The notes under the pieces: model-generated | Databases searched by the model: none | The model's input: only the letters and a program-made list of their open reading frames with translations | What the model was told of the DNA's origin: nothing | Program-made: the position numbers and the translations under genes | In this document: one piece after another, positions 30,249 through 39,386 of the stretch | Position numbering within the stretch: position 1 is the first letter of the stretch | How the letters are laid out: each line of letters starts with the position of its first letter | DNA from: an uncultured Chloroflexia bacterium | GTDB taxonomy: Bacteria; Chloroflexota; Limnocylindria; Limnocylindrales; CSP1-4 | DNA: 64,000 nucleotides | Assembly: GCA_963757865.1 (NCBI GenBank) | Contig: CAVWSU010000005.1 | Span: forward strand, 192,254 to 256,253 | Direction of reading: 5' to 3'

Positions 30249-31267
30249 CGCCAGCCGAGCTCCGGGGCGACGTATCGGAGGATGCTCTCGATCGCGTGGG
30301 CGTTGTACTCGACGCCGAGCTGGTTCGGGACCGTCAGCAGGAGCGTGTCCGCCGCCTGGATCGCCGTGTCCCCGGCCAGCTCCTTCACGAGGGCGTCCGG
30401 CTCCGCGGCGTACGACCGCCCGAAGATCGCCCTGGTCTGCGCGTCGAGGTAGCCGACCTGGTCCGACGCCTGGTTATCGCGCCCGAAGTACGCCCGATCG
30501 CGGTCGTCCACCAGGGCGAAGATGCTGCGGCTGACCGACACCCGCGGTTCGCGCTCGTGGCCGGCGGCCGTCCACGCCTCGCGGAACCGCCGGATCTGTT
30601 CGGCCTGGAGCTCGTGGAACGGCACACCGGCGTCCTCGGTCAGGAGCGTCGACGACATCAGGTTCATGCCCTGCTTCGCCGCCCATTCGGCGGTCGCGCG
30701 CGTTCCGGCGCCCCACCAGATACGGTCTCGCAGCCCGGGCGCATGCGGCTCGGGGCGAAGCAGTCCGGGTGGGTTGGGGAACATCGGAGACGGGTTGGGT
30801 TTGGCAAACCGGGCGCCACCCAACGCCTCGAGGAGCACTTCGGCGTGCTGGCGCGCCATGTCGGCGTCCGTCTGGCCCTCGGGCGGCGAGTACCCGAAAT
30901 AGCGGAAGCCGTCGATGACTTGCTCGGGCGAGCCCCGACTGATCCCGAGCTGCAGGCGGCCGCCCGCGATGAGGTCGGCGGCACCGGCATCCTCGACCAT
31001 GTACAGCGGGTTCTCGTAGCGCATGTCGATGACGGCCGTCCCGATCTCGATGCGCGTGGTGCGGGCGCCGACTGCGGCCAGGAGCGGAAACGGCGATGCA
31101 AGCTGCTGGGCGAAGTGATGGACCCGGAAGTAGGCGCCGTCACCTCCGATCGCCTCCACCGCCTCGGCGAGCTCGATCGACTGGATGAGTGCGTCGGCCG
31201 CGGTGCGCACCTGCGAGTGCGACGACGACGACCAGTGTCCGAACGACAGGAATCCGATCTTCTTCAC
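30245..31267 (-). CDS. LLM-class flavin-dependent oxidoreductase
   Basis: 340 aa. MKKIGFLSFGHW.., RIEIGTAVIDMRYENPLYMVEDAG, GRLQLGISRGSPE. Confidence 0.85.
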   Translation of the reverse strand: MKKIGFLSFGHWSSSSHSQVRTAADALIQSIELAEAVEAIGGDGAYFRVHHFAQQLASPFPLLAAVGARTTRIEIGTAVIDMRYENPLYMVEDAGAADLIAGGRLQLGISRGSPEQVIDGFRYFGYSPPEGQTDADMARQHAEVLLEALGGARFAKPNPSPMFPNPPGLLRPEPHAPGLRDRIWWGAGTRATAEWAAKQGMNLMSSTLLTEDAGVPFHELQAEQIRRFREAWTAAGHEREPRVSVSRSIFALVDDRDRAYFGRDNQASDQVGYLDAQTRAIFGRSYAAEPDALVKELAGDTAIQAADTLLLTVPNQLGVEYNAHAIESILRYVAPELGWR

Positions 31268-31358
31268 GGGCCGAGTCTAGGGCCTCCGCGCCTGCCATCG
31301 GTCTTCAGCGGGGCTCCCGCATGCCGCGCGCAGTCGGCTGGCCGACAGGTCAGGATCG

Positions 31359-31835
31359 TTACGCCGTCCCCTCGTCCCCCGGCTCGCGCTCGGCGTAGGT
31401 CACGCCGTCGAACGGCCAGTCGGCCTCGAGCCAGCTGCTGACCGCGCGCCAGAGGGGGACGTCGAGCTCGGCGCGGCTGGCGCGCACCCATGACCGCACG
31501 TGCGCGCGGTGCGGCCCACGCGGTTCGGGGTAGATGTACACGCAGCCGATGACGTCGGCCGTGACCGGATCGAGCACGGTGTAGGTGAACCCGCGCCGGT
31601 TCTCGAAGTCGTCTGCGTGGCGGCGGAGATCGCGCAGATTGTCGGTGGCGGATCGCCCGTCCGGCCACTTGCCGTCCGGCCAACCCGGAGTCCGGCGGAT
31701 GTGCTCGACCGACGACGTCCAGGCCGCGTAGTCGGCCTCGTTGTGCTGGGGCCCGAGCGGCTCGAGGCGGAAGAGCGGCGTCTCCAGCGACGACGGGGCG
31801 ACGAAGCCGGGCGGGACGAAGGGAGTGGGTTCCAT
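31359..31835 (-). CDS. GNAT-family N-acetyltransferase
   Basis: 159 aa. FRLEPLGPQHNEADYAAW.., FTYTVLDPVTADVIGCVYIYP. Start taken at MEPTPF. Confidence 0.6.
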   Translation of the reverse strand: MEPTPFVPPGFVAPSSLETPLFRLEPLGPQHNEADYAAWTSSVEHIRRTPGWPDGKWPDGRSATDNLRDLRRHADDFENRRGFTYTVLDPVTADVIGCVYIYPEPRGPHRAHVRSWVRASRAELDVPLWRAVSSWLEADWPFDGVTYAEREPGDEGTA

Positions 31836-31918
31836 CGCCGGATCATGGCCGCCCGGCGACATGAGCGCAACACGGGTAGCGCTCGTTCTTCCCGGTTCGG
31901 GGGCTACGAGGTGCCGGT

Positions 31919-32533
31919 CTACGACCTCGATCCGGCCGCGCCGTCTCCCAGGTTCGCACGGGCGCGAGCGAGCCTGTCGCCGCGAAGGCCGACGCAGTCG
32001 AGCGTCCAGAACGTCTCCACGTAGACGAGCGCCCCGCGCATCCAGGCCTTCCACCCGGGGAGCGGGAACCCCTGGCAGGCACCCTCGGGGATGCGGGCGG
32101 ACGGCGGCATCACGCCCAGGTCCGACGCTGGCCGCCAGCCGAGCCGCGCGTAGTAGGCGGGGTCGCCCTCCAGGAAGATCGCCGGTGTCCCGGCACGCTC
32201 CGCCTCCGCCACGGCGTGGGCGACGAGCGCCCGGCCGATCCCCCGCCTCTGCCACTCGGGCGCGACCGACAGGGGGCTGAGCACGAGCACCTCGACCAGT
32301 CGCGGCTCCGCGTCGATCCAGCTCCGCGTGAGCCGGACGTGACCGACCACGCGGTCGTCGACGAGGGCGACATAGCCGGCGCTGTCCGAGCGCAGGGCCA
32401 GCGCCTCCTCGAGGGCGACGACCTCGGGCTCGCCCTCGAAGGCACGGCCGACGACGTCACGGATGGCCGCGGCATCTCCCGGCACCTGGCGGCGGATCGT
32501 GGCGTCGGCGGGGGCGTCCATCGCCAGCAACAC
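31919..32533 (-). CDS. GNAT-family N-acetyltransferase
   Basis: LSPLSVAPEWQRRGIGRALV acetyl-CoA-binding motif. Confidence 0.75.
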   Translation of the reverse strand: MLLAMDAPADATIRRQVPGDAAAIRDVVGRAFEGEPEVVALEEALALRSDSAGYVALVDDRVVGHVRLTRSWIDAEPRLVEVLVLSPLSVAPEWQRRGIGRALVAHAVAEAERAGTPAIFLEGDPAYYARLGWRPASDLGVMPPSARIPEGACQGFPLPGWKAWMRGALVYVETFWTLDCVGLRGDRLARARANLGDGAAGSRS

Positions 32534-32712
32534 TACCCCGGCGCCGCTACCCGGAGGAGGTCAACCAGGCGACGGGAGCACCGATATTCATCGGACGCCG
32601 CCGGGCAGGCGCCGATCTCCTTCACGAGGACGCAGTTGAACGGGTTCGGCGCCCGAGTGGGCGGCTTGGCACTCGACCCGATCATCGGGACACTCGTCGA
32701 CGGCAGGTGGGT

Positions 32713-33189
32713 TCAGCCCTGGGCCGGGCGCCCCGGGGGCGGGAGGACCAGCACGTCCCTGCGGGCGAACACGCCCAGGAAGCGGACGCCGCAGAGGAAG
32801 AGCGCGACCCCGAGCCCGCTGTAGAAGAAGGCGATCATCCAGTCCGGCATGAGGTGCGAGAGGCGCAGTGCCATGCCCCCGCCCATCATCAACGCCATCA
32901 CCACCCAGGACGAGGCGTTAAAGAAGTGCCAGAAGGGGAGCCGGTCCTCCGTGCGCGCCCGGATTCGACCCGTGTGCTTCCGGACGAGACCGGAGAAGAC
33001 GAACACGTAGAACACGAGGAAGATCACTCCGGCGAGCGGGACGAGGACCAGGTGCGCGGGAGCCAGCCCGAACTCCAGCGGCAGGCCGATGACGCAGACC
33101 ATGGCGCCCGCGGCGCACCAGACGAGGCCGGCGAGAAGCATCAGGTGGTTCTTGGGGAGGGTGACGACGCGCACGCTCGAACACTCCAT
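32713..33189 (-). CDS. hypothetical integral membrane protein
   Basis: 159 aa with 4 TM helices. No family recognised. Confidence 0.45.
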   Translation of the reverse strand: MECSSVRVVTLPKNHLMLLAGLVWCAAGAMVCVIGLPLEFGLAPAHLVLVPLAGVIFLVFYVFVFSGLVRKHTGRIRARTEDRLPFWHFFNASSWVVMALMMGGGMALRLSHLMPDWMIAFFYSGLGVALFLCGVRFLGVFARRDVLVLPPPGRPAQG

Positions 33190-33329
33190 GGCTGGCCGGC
33201 GGACGCCCGGCGATTGTACCCACCGTGGACGGGTGCGGCGCCCGGCACGGGGCCGCAACCACCCGACATCCTGTTCCTGCCCATCAAGGCAGTTGAACCG
33301 CGGCCTGCGCCAGCCCAGAATGGCCCGCG

Positions 33330-36182
33330 ATGAACGACGTCGCGTCCCCGCGCGTTCGCCTGCCCGCCCGGACGGCGACCTTCCTGTTCACGGACATCGA
33401 GGGATCCACGCGTCTCTGGGAGGAGCACCGCGACGCGATGTCCGCTGCACTCGAAGCCCACGACGCGCTGCTTCGTTCCACCGTCGAGCGGTCCGGCGGG
33501 AGCGTGGTCAAGACGACGGGCGATGGCATGCTCGCGGCCTTCGACCGGGCCGAGTCGGCGATCACCGCAGCACTGGACGGCCAGGTGGCGCTGGCGGACC
33601 ACGCGTGGGCGACGCCCTCGCCGCTTCGGGTCCGCATGGCGATCCATTCCGGAACGGCCGACACGCGGGACGGCGACTTCTTCGGGCCCGCCCTCAACCG
33701 CGTCGCCCGCCTGCTCGCGATCGGGCACGGCGGGCAGGTGCTCGTGTCGGGCACCACCGCTGCGCTCGTCGCCGACGACCTGCCTCCGGGCTCCGAGCTG
33801 ATCGACCTGGGCGAGCACCGCCTGCGGGACCTCGACCGGCCCGAGCACGTCTTCCAGTTCGTGGCGGCGCCGCTGCGTCGCGAGTTTCCCCCGTTGCGTT
33901 CCGGGACTTCGCATCCCACGAATCTTCCGCTGCAGGTCACGTCGTTCGTCGGGCGCGAACGCGAGCTCGTGGACATCGAACGGCTCCTCTCCACGGGACG
34001 CATGGTCACGCTGGTTGGCGTGGGCGGAACCGGCAAGACGCGACTCGCGCTCCAGGCCGCGGCGGAGGTCGTGGAGCGGTACCCCGACGGCGCCTGGCTC
34101 GTCGAGCTCGCCCCGCTCACCGACGCCTCGCTCGTCGGCGCGGAGGTCGCTCGCGCCCTGCGGGTGCAGCCGCAACCCGGACAGCCTCCGCTCGACACGC
34201 TCGTCGATTACCTCCGCTCCAAGCACCTCCTCCTGCTCATCGACAACTGCGAGCACCTGATCGGTGCCGCAGCCGACGTGGCGCATCACCTGCTCGGCCG
34301 CTGCGCCGAGCTCAGCCTGATGGCATCGAGTCGCGAGCCCCTGGGCATCGAGGCCGAGGCCGTGTATGCCGTGCCGTCGCTGGCGCTCCCGGCATCGCTC
34401 GAGGAGGCCGGCGCGCACACGGCCGCCAGCGACGAGGAACTCGAACAGGCCGGTCGGTCGGAGGCCGTCTGCCTGTTCGCCGAGCGGGCGGCCGCGACGC
34501 TTCCGTCGTTCGCGCTCGACCGGTCGAACATGCTCGCCGTGGTCGAGATCTGCCGGCGACTGGACGGCATCCCGCTCGCCCTCGAGCTGGCCGCCGCGCG
34601 GGTCAACGTCCTGTCGGTCGCCGAGATCGCGCAGGGCCTGGGCGACCGGTTCCGCCTCCTGACCGGCGGACGCAGGACCGCGCTGCCGCGCCAGCGGACC
34701 CTGCAGGCGCTCATCGACTGGAGCTGGGACCTGCTGGACGACGACGACCGTCGGCTGCTGCGCCGGCTGTCGGTCTTCGCCGGGGGCTGGACGCTCGGGG
34801 CCGCAGCCAGCGTGACGTCCGAGCGCCCGGAGCGCACGGGCTCCGCGACGGTCGATGCCGCCGCGCGGTTCGCCACGCTCGACGGACTCGGCCGCCTCGT
34901 CGATCGCTCGCTCGTGGCGGTCGATCATGACGACACCACCCGCTACCGGATGCTGGAAACCATCCGCCAGTACGCGGCCGATCAACTGGCCGCGATCGGG
35001 GAGACAATCGCGCTCCGCGACCGCCACCTGGCGACGTTCCGACAGCTGACCATCGACGCGGGGAAGGGCCTGGACGGCCCCGACATGGCGACGTGGCTCG
35101 CGCGCATCGACACGGAGATCGACAACGTGCGCGGCGCGCTCGACTGGGCACTGGAGACGGACCCGGAGGCCGCCCTCGAGATGTGCGGCTCCATGGCCCG
35201 CTACTGGCGTTCCCGGAACATGGCGTCCGAAGCGCCCGACAGGATGAGACGCTCCATCGATCGCGTCCGGGCACTCGCCGAGCCGGCGTCGGCGGCGGCG
35301 GCCCGCGCGCGGGGGGTGCTGTTGGCCCGTGCCTTCGCGGCCTACGGCGTCATCGCGGTGGGGGCCGGGCGCTCGGACGCCGCCGCCGTGGCGGAGGAGG
35401 CGGTCAGGATCTCCCGGGAGGCGGGTGACGGCCCCGCCATCGTCGACGCCCTCGCGACCTACGTGAACTTCAAGGCGCTGTTCGGTGACGGCGAGGATGT
35501 CGACACCTGGCGCTCGATGGCCCGCGAGGCGCTGGCTATCGCGACCGACCTCGGAGACGCGACCCGCATCGCCAGGGCGCAGTCCGTGCTGGCCTTTCTC
35601 GAGGCGCCCCTCGATCCCACGGCGGCGGACGCGTGGCTCGAGCAGGCCAGCGAATCGGCCCGCCAGTCGGGCAACCCGCAGGAGATCGCGTCCCTCAGCC
35701 AGGTCCGCGGGCGCATCGCCGCTCGCACGGGCCGGCTCGACGATGCGCAACACTGGTTCCGACAGTCGCAGGCGCAGTTCCGAGCCATCGGCGACCGCCG
35801 GTTCGAGCTGTCGGCCCAGAGCGAGCTCGCTCACGCCCTCCGTCGCTCCGGGGCCATCGACGCTGCGGAGACGGAGTACCGCCAGACGATCCATGGCTGG
35901 CAGCACAGCGGAAACCGCGGAGCGGTCGCCAACCAGCTCGAGTCCATGGCGTTCCTCGCCATTGGTCGCGGTCGGGGTGAGCGTGCCGCCCGCCTGCTCG
36001 GCGCGGCCGAGGGCCTTCGCGAGATCGCAGGGGCCCCCATGACCGCCTCGGAGCACGTCGAGTACGACGGCGAGGTCCGCCGGCTTCGCGAATCGCTTGG
36101 GGCGGATGACGTGCGCCGCGCCTGGGCCGAGGGTCGCGAGCTGTCCTCGGACGAGGCGGTCGCCCTGGCGCTGTCCGGTTGA
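33330..36182 (+). CDS. class III adenylate/guanylate cyclase domain fused to a STAND-type P-loop NTPase and TPR repeats (950 aa)
   Basis: FLFTDIEGSTRLWEE, VKTTGDGMLAAF, GPALNRVARL (cyclase). Walker A GVGGTGKTRLA, LLLLIDNCEH. TPR-like C-terminus. Confidence 0.85.
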   Translation: MNDVASPRVRLPARTATFLFTDIEGSTRLWEEHRDAMSAALEAHDALLRSTVERSGGSVVKTTGDGMLAAFDRAESAITAALDGQVALADHAWATPSPLRVRMAIHSGTADTRDGDFFGPALNRVARLLAIGHGGQVLVSGTTAALVADDLPPGSELIDLGEHRLRDLDRPEHVFQFVAAPLRREFPPLRSGTSHPTNLPLQVTSFVGRERELVDIERLLSTGRMVTLVGVGGTGKTRLALQAAAEVVERYPDGAWLVELAPLTDASLVGAEVARALRVQPQPGQPPLDTLVDYLRSKHLLLLIDNCEHLIGAAADVAHHLLGRCAELSLMASSREPLGIEAEAVYAVPSLALPASLEEAGAHTAASDEELEQAGRSEAVCLFAERAAATLPSFALDRSNMLAVVEICRRLDGIPLALELAAARVNVLSVAEIAQGLGDRFRLLTGGRRTALPRQRTLQALIDWSWDLLDDDDRRLLRRLSVFAGGWTLGAAASVTSERPERTGSATVDAAARFATLDGLGRLVDRSLVAVDHDDTTRYRMLETIRQYAADQLAAIGETIALRDRHLATFRQLTIDAGKGLDGPDMATWLARIDTEIDNVRGALDWALETDPEAALEMCGSMARYWRSRNMASEAPDRMRRSIDRVRALAEPASAAAARARGVLLARAFAAYGVIAVGAGRSDAAAVAEEAVRISREAGDGPAIVDALATYVNFKALFGDGEDVDTWRSMAREALAIATDLGDATRIARAQSVLAFLEAPLDPTAADAWLEQASESARQSGNPQEIASLSQVRGRIAARTGRLDDAQHWFRQSQAQFRAIGDRRFELSAQSELAHALRRSGAIDAAETEYRQTIHGWQHSGNRGAVANQLESMAFLAIGRGRGERAARLLGAAEGLREIAGAPMTASEHVEYDGEVRRLRESLGADDVRRAWAEGRELSSDEAVALALSG

Positions 36183-36231
36183 GGCACGTTGAATCGCGCC
36201 GGGAGTTGACGGTGCGCAGCGGAACCCGAGA

Positions 36232-39200
36232 ATGCGCGTGGTGAACGAGATCGCGTCCTCTCTCGTCCCCGCTCCCGACGGCCCGGACGGCACCGCGGCC
36301 ACTCCGTCGCGCGCCGCACCTGCACCCGAACCGTCCAGCGCGGCTGATCCGACGCCCTCGCCCGCACCCGCCGCGTCCGGCGGCCACTCCTCGGTCCTCC
36401 CGGCCGTCCACACGGCGACGTTCCTCTTCACCGACATCGAGGGGAGCACCCGGTTGTGGGAGGAGCAGCACGAGGTGATGGGGCGTGCGCTCGAGCTGCA
36501 CGACCGGCTCCTGCGGGACGCGGTCGACGGGTCGGGCGGGACCGTGGTGAAGACGACCGGCGACGGGATGCTTGCCGCCTTCGAGCGCCCAGCCTCGGCG
36601 CTCCTCGCCGCCATCGAGGCCCAGCGCGCCATGGACCAGCACGCATGGCCGCTGCCGGAGGCGCTCCGCGTCCGCATGGCCGTCCATTCCGGCTCGGCCG
36701 AGACGCGGGACGGCGACTTCTTCGGCCCCGCCCTGAACCGGGCGGCGCGCCTGCTGGCGATCGGCCACGGGCGCCAGGTGCTCGTCTCCGGTTCGACCGC
36801 GGCGCTCGTCGCCGACGACCTCCCCCCGCAGTCGGAGCTCCTCGACCGAGGCGAACACCTCCTGCGTGACCTCGGCCGGCCCGAGCACGTCTACCAGCTG
36901 GCGGCGCCGGGACTCCAGCGGGAGTTCCCGCCACTGCGGTCCGTATCCCAGCACGAGTCGAATTTGCCGCAGCAGGCCACGTCGTTCGTGGGCCGCGAGC
37001 GGGAGCTGGCCGAAGTGGCGGCGCTCCTCGAGTCGGCGCGCCTGGTCGCGCTCGTCGGTGTCGGCGGAACGGGCAAGACTCGCCTTGCGCTGCAGGCCGC
37101 TGCGGATCGGCTGGAGCGCCACCGGGACGGCGCCTGGCTGGCGGAGCTGGCGCCGCTCTCGGATCCCGACCTGGTGGTGCAGGCCATCGGGCGGTCGCTG
37201 AAGATCCAGGAACAGCCGGCGCAGCCGCTGATCGACACCGTGCTGGATTTCCTGCGGGCCAAGGAGCTGCTCCTGGTCCTCGACAACTGCGAGCACCTCA
37301 TCGCGGCCGCCGCCGCCATGTCCGAGCGGCTGCTGGCGGGCTGCCCGCACCTGCGCATCATCGCCACGAGCCGTGAGCCGCTCGGGGTCGCCGGCGAGGC
37401 GGTCTATGCCGTGCCGTCGCTCGCGCTGCCGGCGGCACCGGACGGGCCGGGCGGCCCGGCCACGCCCGATGACGGCGAGCTTGCCGAGATCAGCCGGGCC
37501 GAGGCGGTCCGGCTCTTCGTCGAGCGGGCCACCGCGACGCTGCCCTCGTTCGCGCTGGACGCGACGAACGCGGCGGCGGTCGTGGAGATCTGCCGCCGGC
37601 TCGACGGGATCCCGCTGGCGCTCGAGCTCGCCGCCGCGAGGATCAACGTCCTCTCCGCCGACGAGATCGCGCAGGGACTGGTCGACCGGTTCCGGCTCCT
37701 GACCGGCGGCCGGCGCACCGCGGTGCCGCGGCAGCGCACGCTGCAGGCGCTCATCGACTGGAGCTGGGACCTGCTGGGCGATGACGACCGCCGGCTCCTG
37801 CGCCGGCTGTCCGTGTTCGCCGGCGGCTGGACGCTCGATGCGGCCGTCGCGGTCGCGGCCGATCCGCCGGCGGGGGCCGACGGCGCGCAGCCCGTCGGCG
37901 GTGGCGCCGGCCGGCTCGCCGTCCTCGACGGGCTGGGCCGCCTGGCCGACCGGTCGCTGGTCGTTGTCGACCACGGTGCCGCGACGCGCTACCACATGCT
38001 CGAGACGATCCGGCAGTACGCCGGCGACCAGCTGAGCGCCAGCGGGGAGACGGCCGACCTGCGGGACCGGCACCTCGCGTACTTCCGCCGCCTGGCGCTG
38101 GAGTCCGGGCGGGAGCTGGAAGGCGCGAAGATGGCCGTCTGGCTCGGACGTCTGGACGCGGAGGTCGACAACGTGCGGGCCGCGCTCGACTGGGCCTTCG
38201 AGACGCGCCCGGAGGATGCTCTTCGCGTGTGTGCCGCCCTGGTGCAGTACTGGCGGTCCCGCGCCATCGCGTCCGAGGGCCTGGAGCGCATGCACCAGGC
38301 GGTGGACCTCGGGCGACGCTGGTACGGCGCGCCGTCGGCGACCCCCGAAGGGGATCGAGCGGCGCTCGTGGCCCGCGTGATGGCGAACACAGCCCAGCTG
38401 GAGGCAACGCGCACCGGCCAGGGCGGCACGCCGGAGCTCGCGGCCGAAGCCACCGCCTTGGTCGCCGAGTCGGGAGACCAGGTCGCGATAGCCGAAGTCG
38501 CCGTCGCCATGAGTTTCGCCGGCGTCGCCGTCGACGGGTCGATCGCCACCGACGGACCCGTCGGCGAGAGGGCGCAGGTCGCCGTGAGGCTTGCCGAGGA
38601 GATGGGCGACTGGTACCGCACCAGTCTGATCCAGACCGGCTTCGCGATGTACGAAGATGGCCGGCAGCCGGGCACGGGACGTGCGTGGCTGGACCGCGCG
38701 GCCGAGTCCGCCGCCCGCAGCGGCAACCCGTTCGCGATCGCAAACGTGGCACAGGCCCGCGGCCGGGCGGCGAGCATGGCCGGCGACCTGGTCGAGGCGC
38801 GACGCTGGTTCGACGACGCCGTCGCCCGCTTCCGCTCGATCGGCGATCGCCTGTTCGTCCTGGTCATCGAGAGCGAGCTCACGCACGCGCTGCGACGCGG
38901 CGGCGTGCTCGACGAGGCCGAGGAACGATACCGGCGCACCATCCGGGAGTGGCAGCGCAGCGGCAACCGGGGGGCCATAGCACACCAGCTCGAATCGTTC
39001 GCCTTCATCGCCGTGGCCAGGGGAGACGGCATCCGCGCCGGTCGTCTGCTCGGCGCGGCCGAGGCGCTCCGCGAGGCCGCCGGGGCGCCGATGACGGACA
39101 TGGAACGCCGGGAATGCGAGACGCAGCTTCGACTGCTGCGCGAGGTGGGCGACTCCCGGGCGCTGGCTGAAGCCTGGGCGGGAGGCAGGCGGATGACGGC

Positions 39201-39234
39201 CGACGAGGCGGTGGCGTTCGCGCTCTCCGACTGA
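36232..39234 (+). CDS. paralogous cyclase-STAND NTPase-TPR protein (1000 aa)
   Basis: Same motifs and order as 33330..36182 (FLFTDIEGSTRLWEE, GVGGTGKTRLA, LLLVLDNCEH). By eye the cyclase domains are roughly two-thirds identical. Confidence 0.85.
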   Translation: MRVVNEIASSLVPAPDGPDGTAATPSRAAPAPEPSSAADPTPSPAPAASGGHSSVLPAVHTATFLFTDIEGSTRLWEEQHEVMGRALELHDRLLRDAVDGSGGTVVKTTGDGMLAAFERPASALLAAIEAQRAMDQHAWPLPEALRVRMAVHSGSAETRDGDFFGPALNRAARLLAIGHGRQVLVSGSTAALVADDLPPQSELLDRGEHLLRDLGRPEHVYQLAAPGLQREFPPLRSVSQHESNLPQQATSFVGRERELAEVAALLESARLVALVGVGGTGKTRLALQAAADRLERHRDGAWLAELAPLSDPDLVVQAIGRSLKIQEQPAQPLIDTVLDFLRAKELLLVLDNCEHLIAAAAAMSERLLAGCPHLRIIATSREPLGVAGEAVYAVPSLALPAAPDGPGGPATPDDGELAEISRAEAVRLFVERATATLPSFALDATNAAAVVEICRRLDGIPLALELAAARINVLSADEIAQGLVDRFRLLTGGRRTAVPRQRTLQALIDWSWDLLGDDDRRLLRRLSVFAGGWTLDAAVAVAADPPAGADGAQPVGGGAGRLAVLDGLGRLADRSLVVVDHGAATRYHMLETIRQYAGDQLSASGETADLRDRHLAYFRRLALESGRELEGAKMAVWLGRLDAEVDNVRAALDWAFETRPEDALRVCAALVQYWRSRAIASEGLERMHQAVDLGRRWYGAPSATPEGDRAALVARVMANTAQLEATRTGQGGTPELAAEATALVAESGDQVAIAEVAVAMSFAGVAVDGSIATDGPVGERAQVAVRLAEEMGDWYRTSLIQTGFAMYEDGRQPGTGRAWLDRAAESAARSGNPFAIANVAQARGRAASMAGDLVEARRWFDDAVARFRSIGDRLFVLVIESELTHALRRGGVLDEAEERYRRTIREWQRSGNRGAIAHQLESFAFIAVARGDGIRAGRLLGAAEALREAAGAPMTDMERRECETQLRLLREVGDSRALAEAWAGGRRMTADEAVAFALSD

Positions 39235-39386
39235 CGGGGCAGCCGGACCGGCGAACCGCCGCGGGGTCGGCGCTTGCCTGCTGGCTTCCGGGAGGTACTC
39301 TCTCAGGCAGCGAGGGCGGTCGCTCGCAGGCGCGGACGTGAACGACGCGCCGCAGGCCCAGATCACGACCGGGAAACGAGCCGGAC

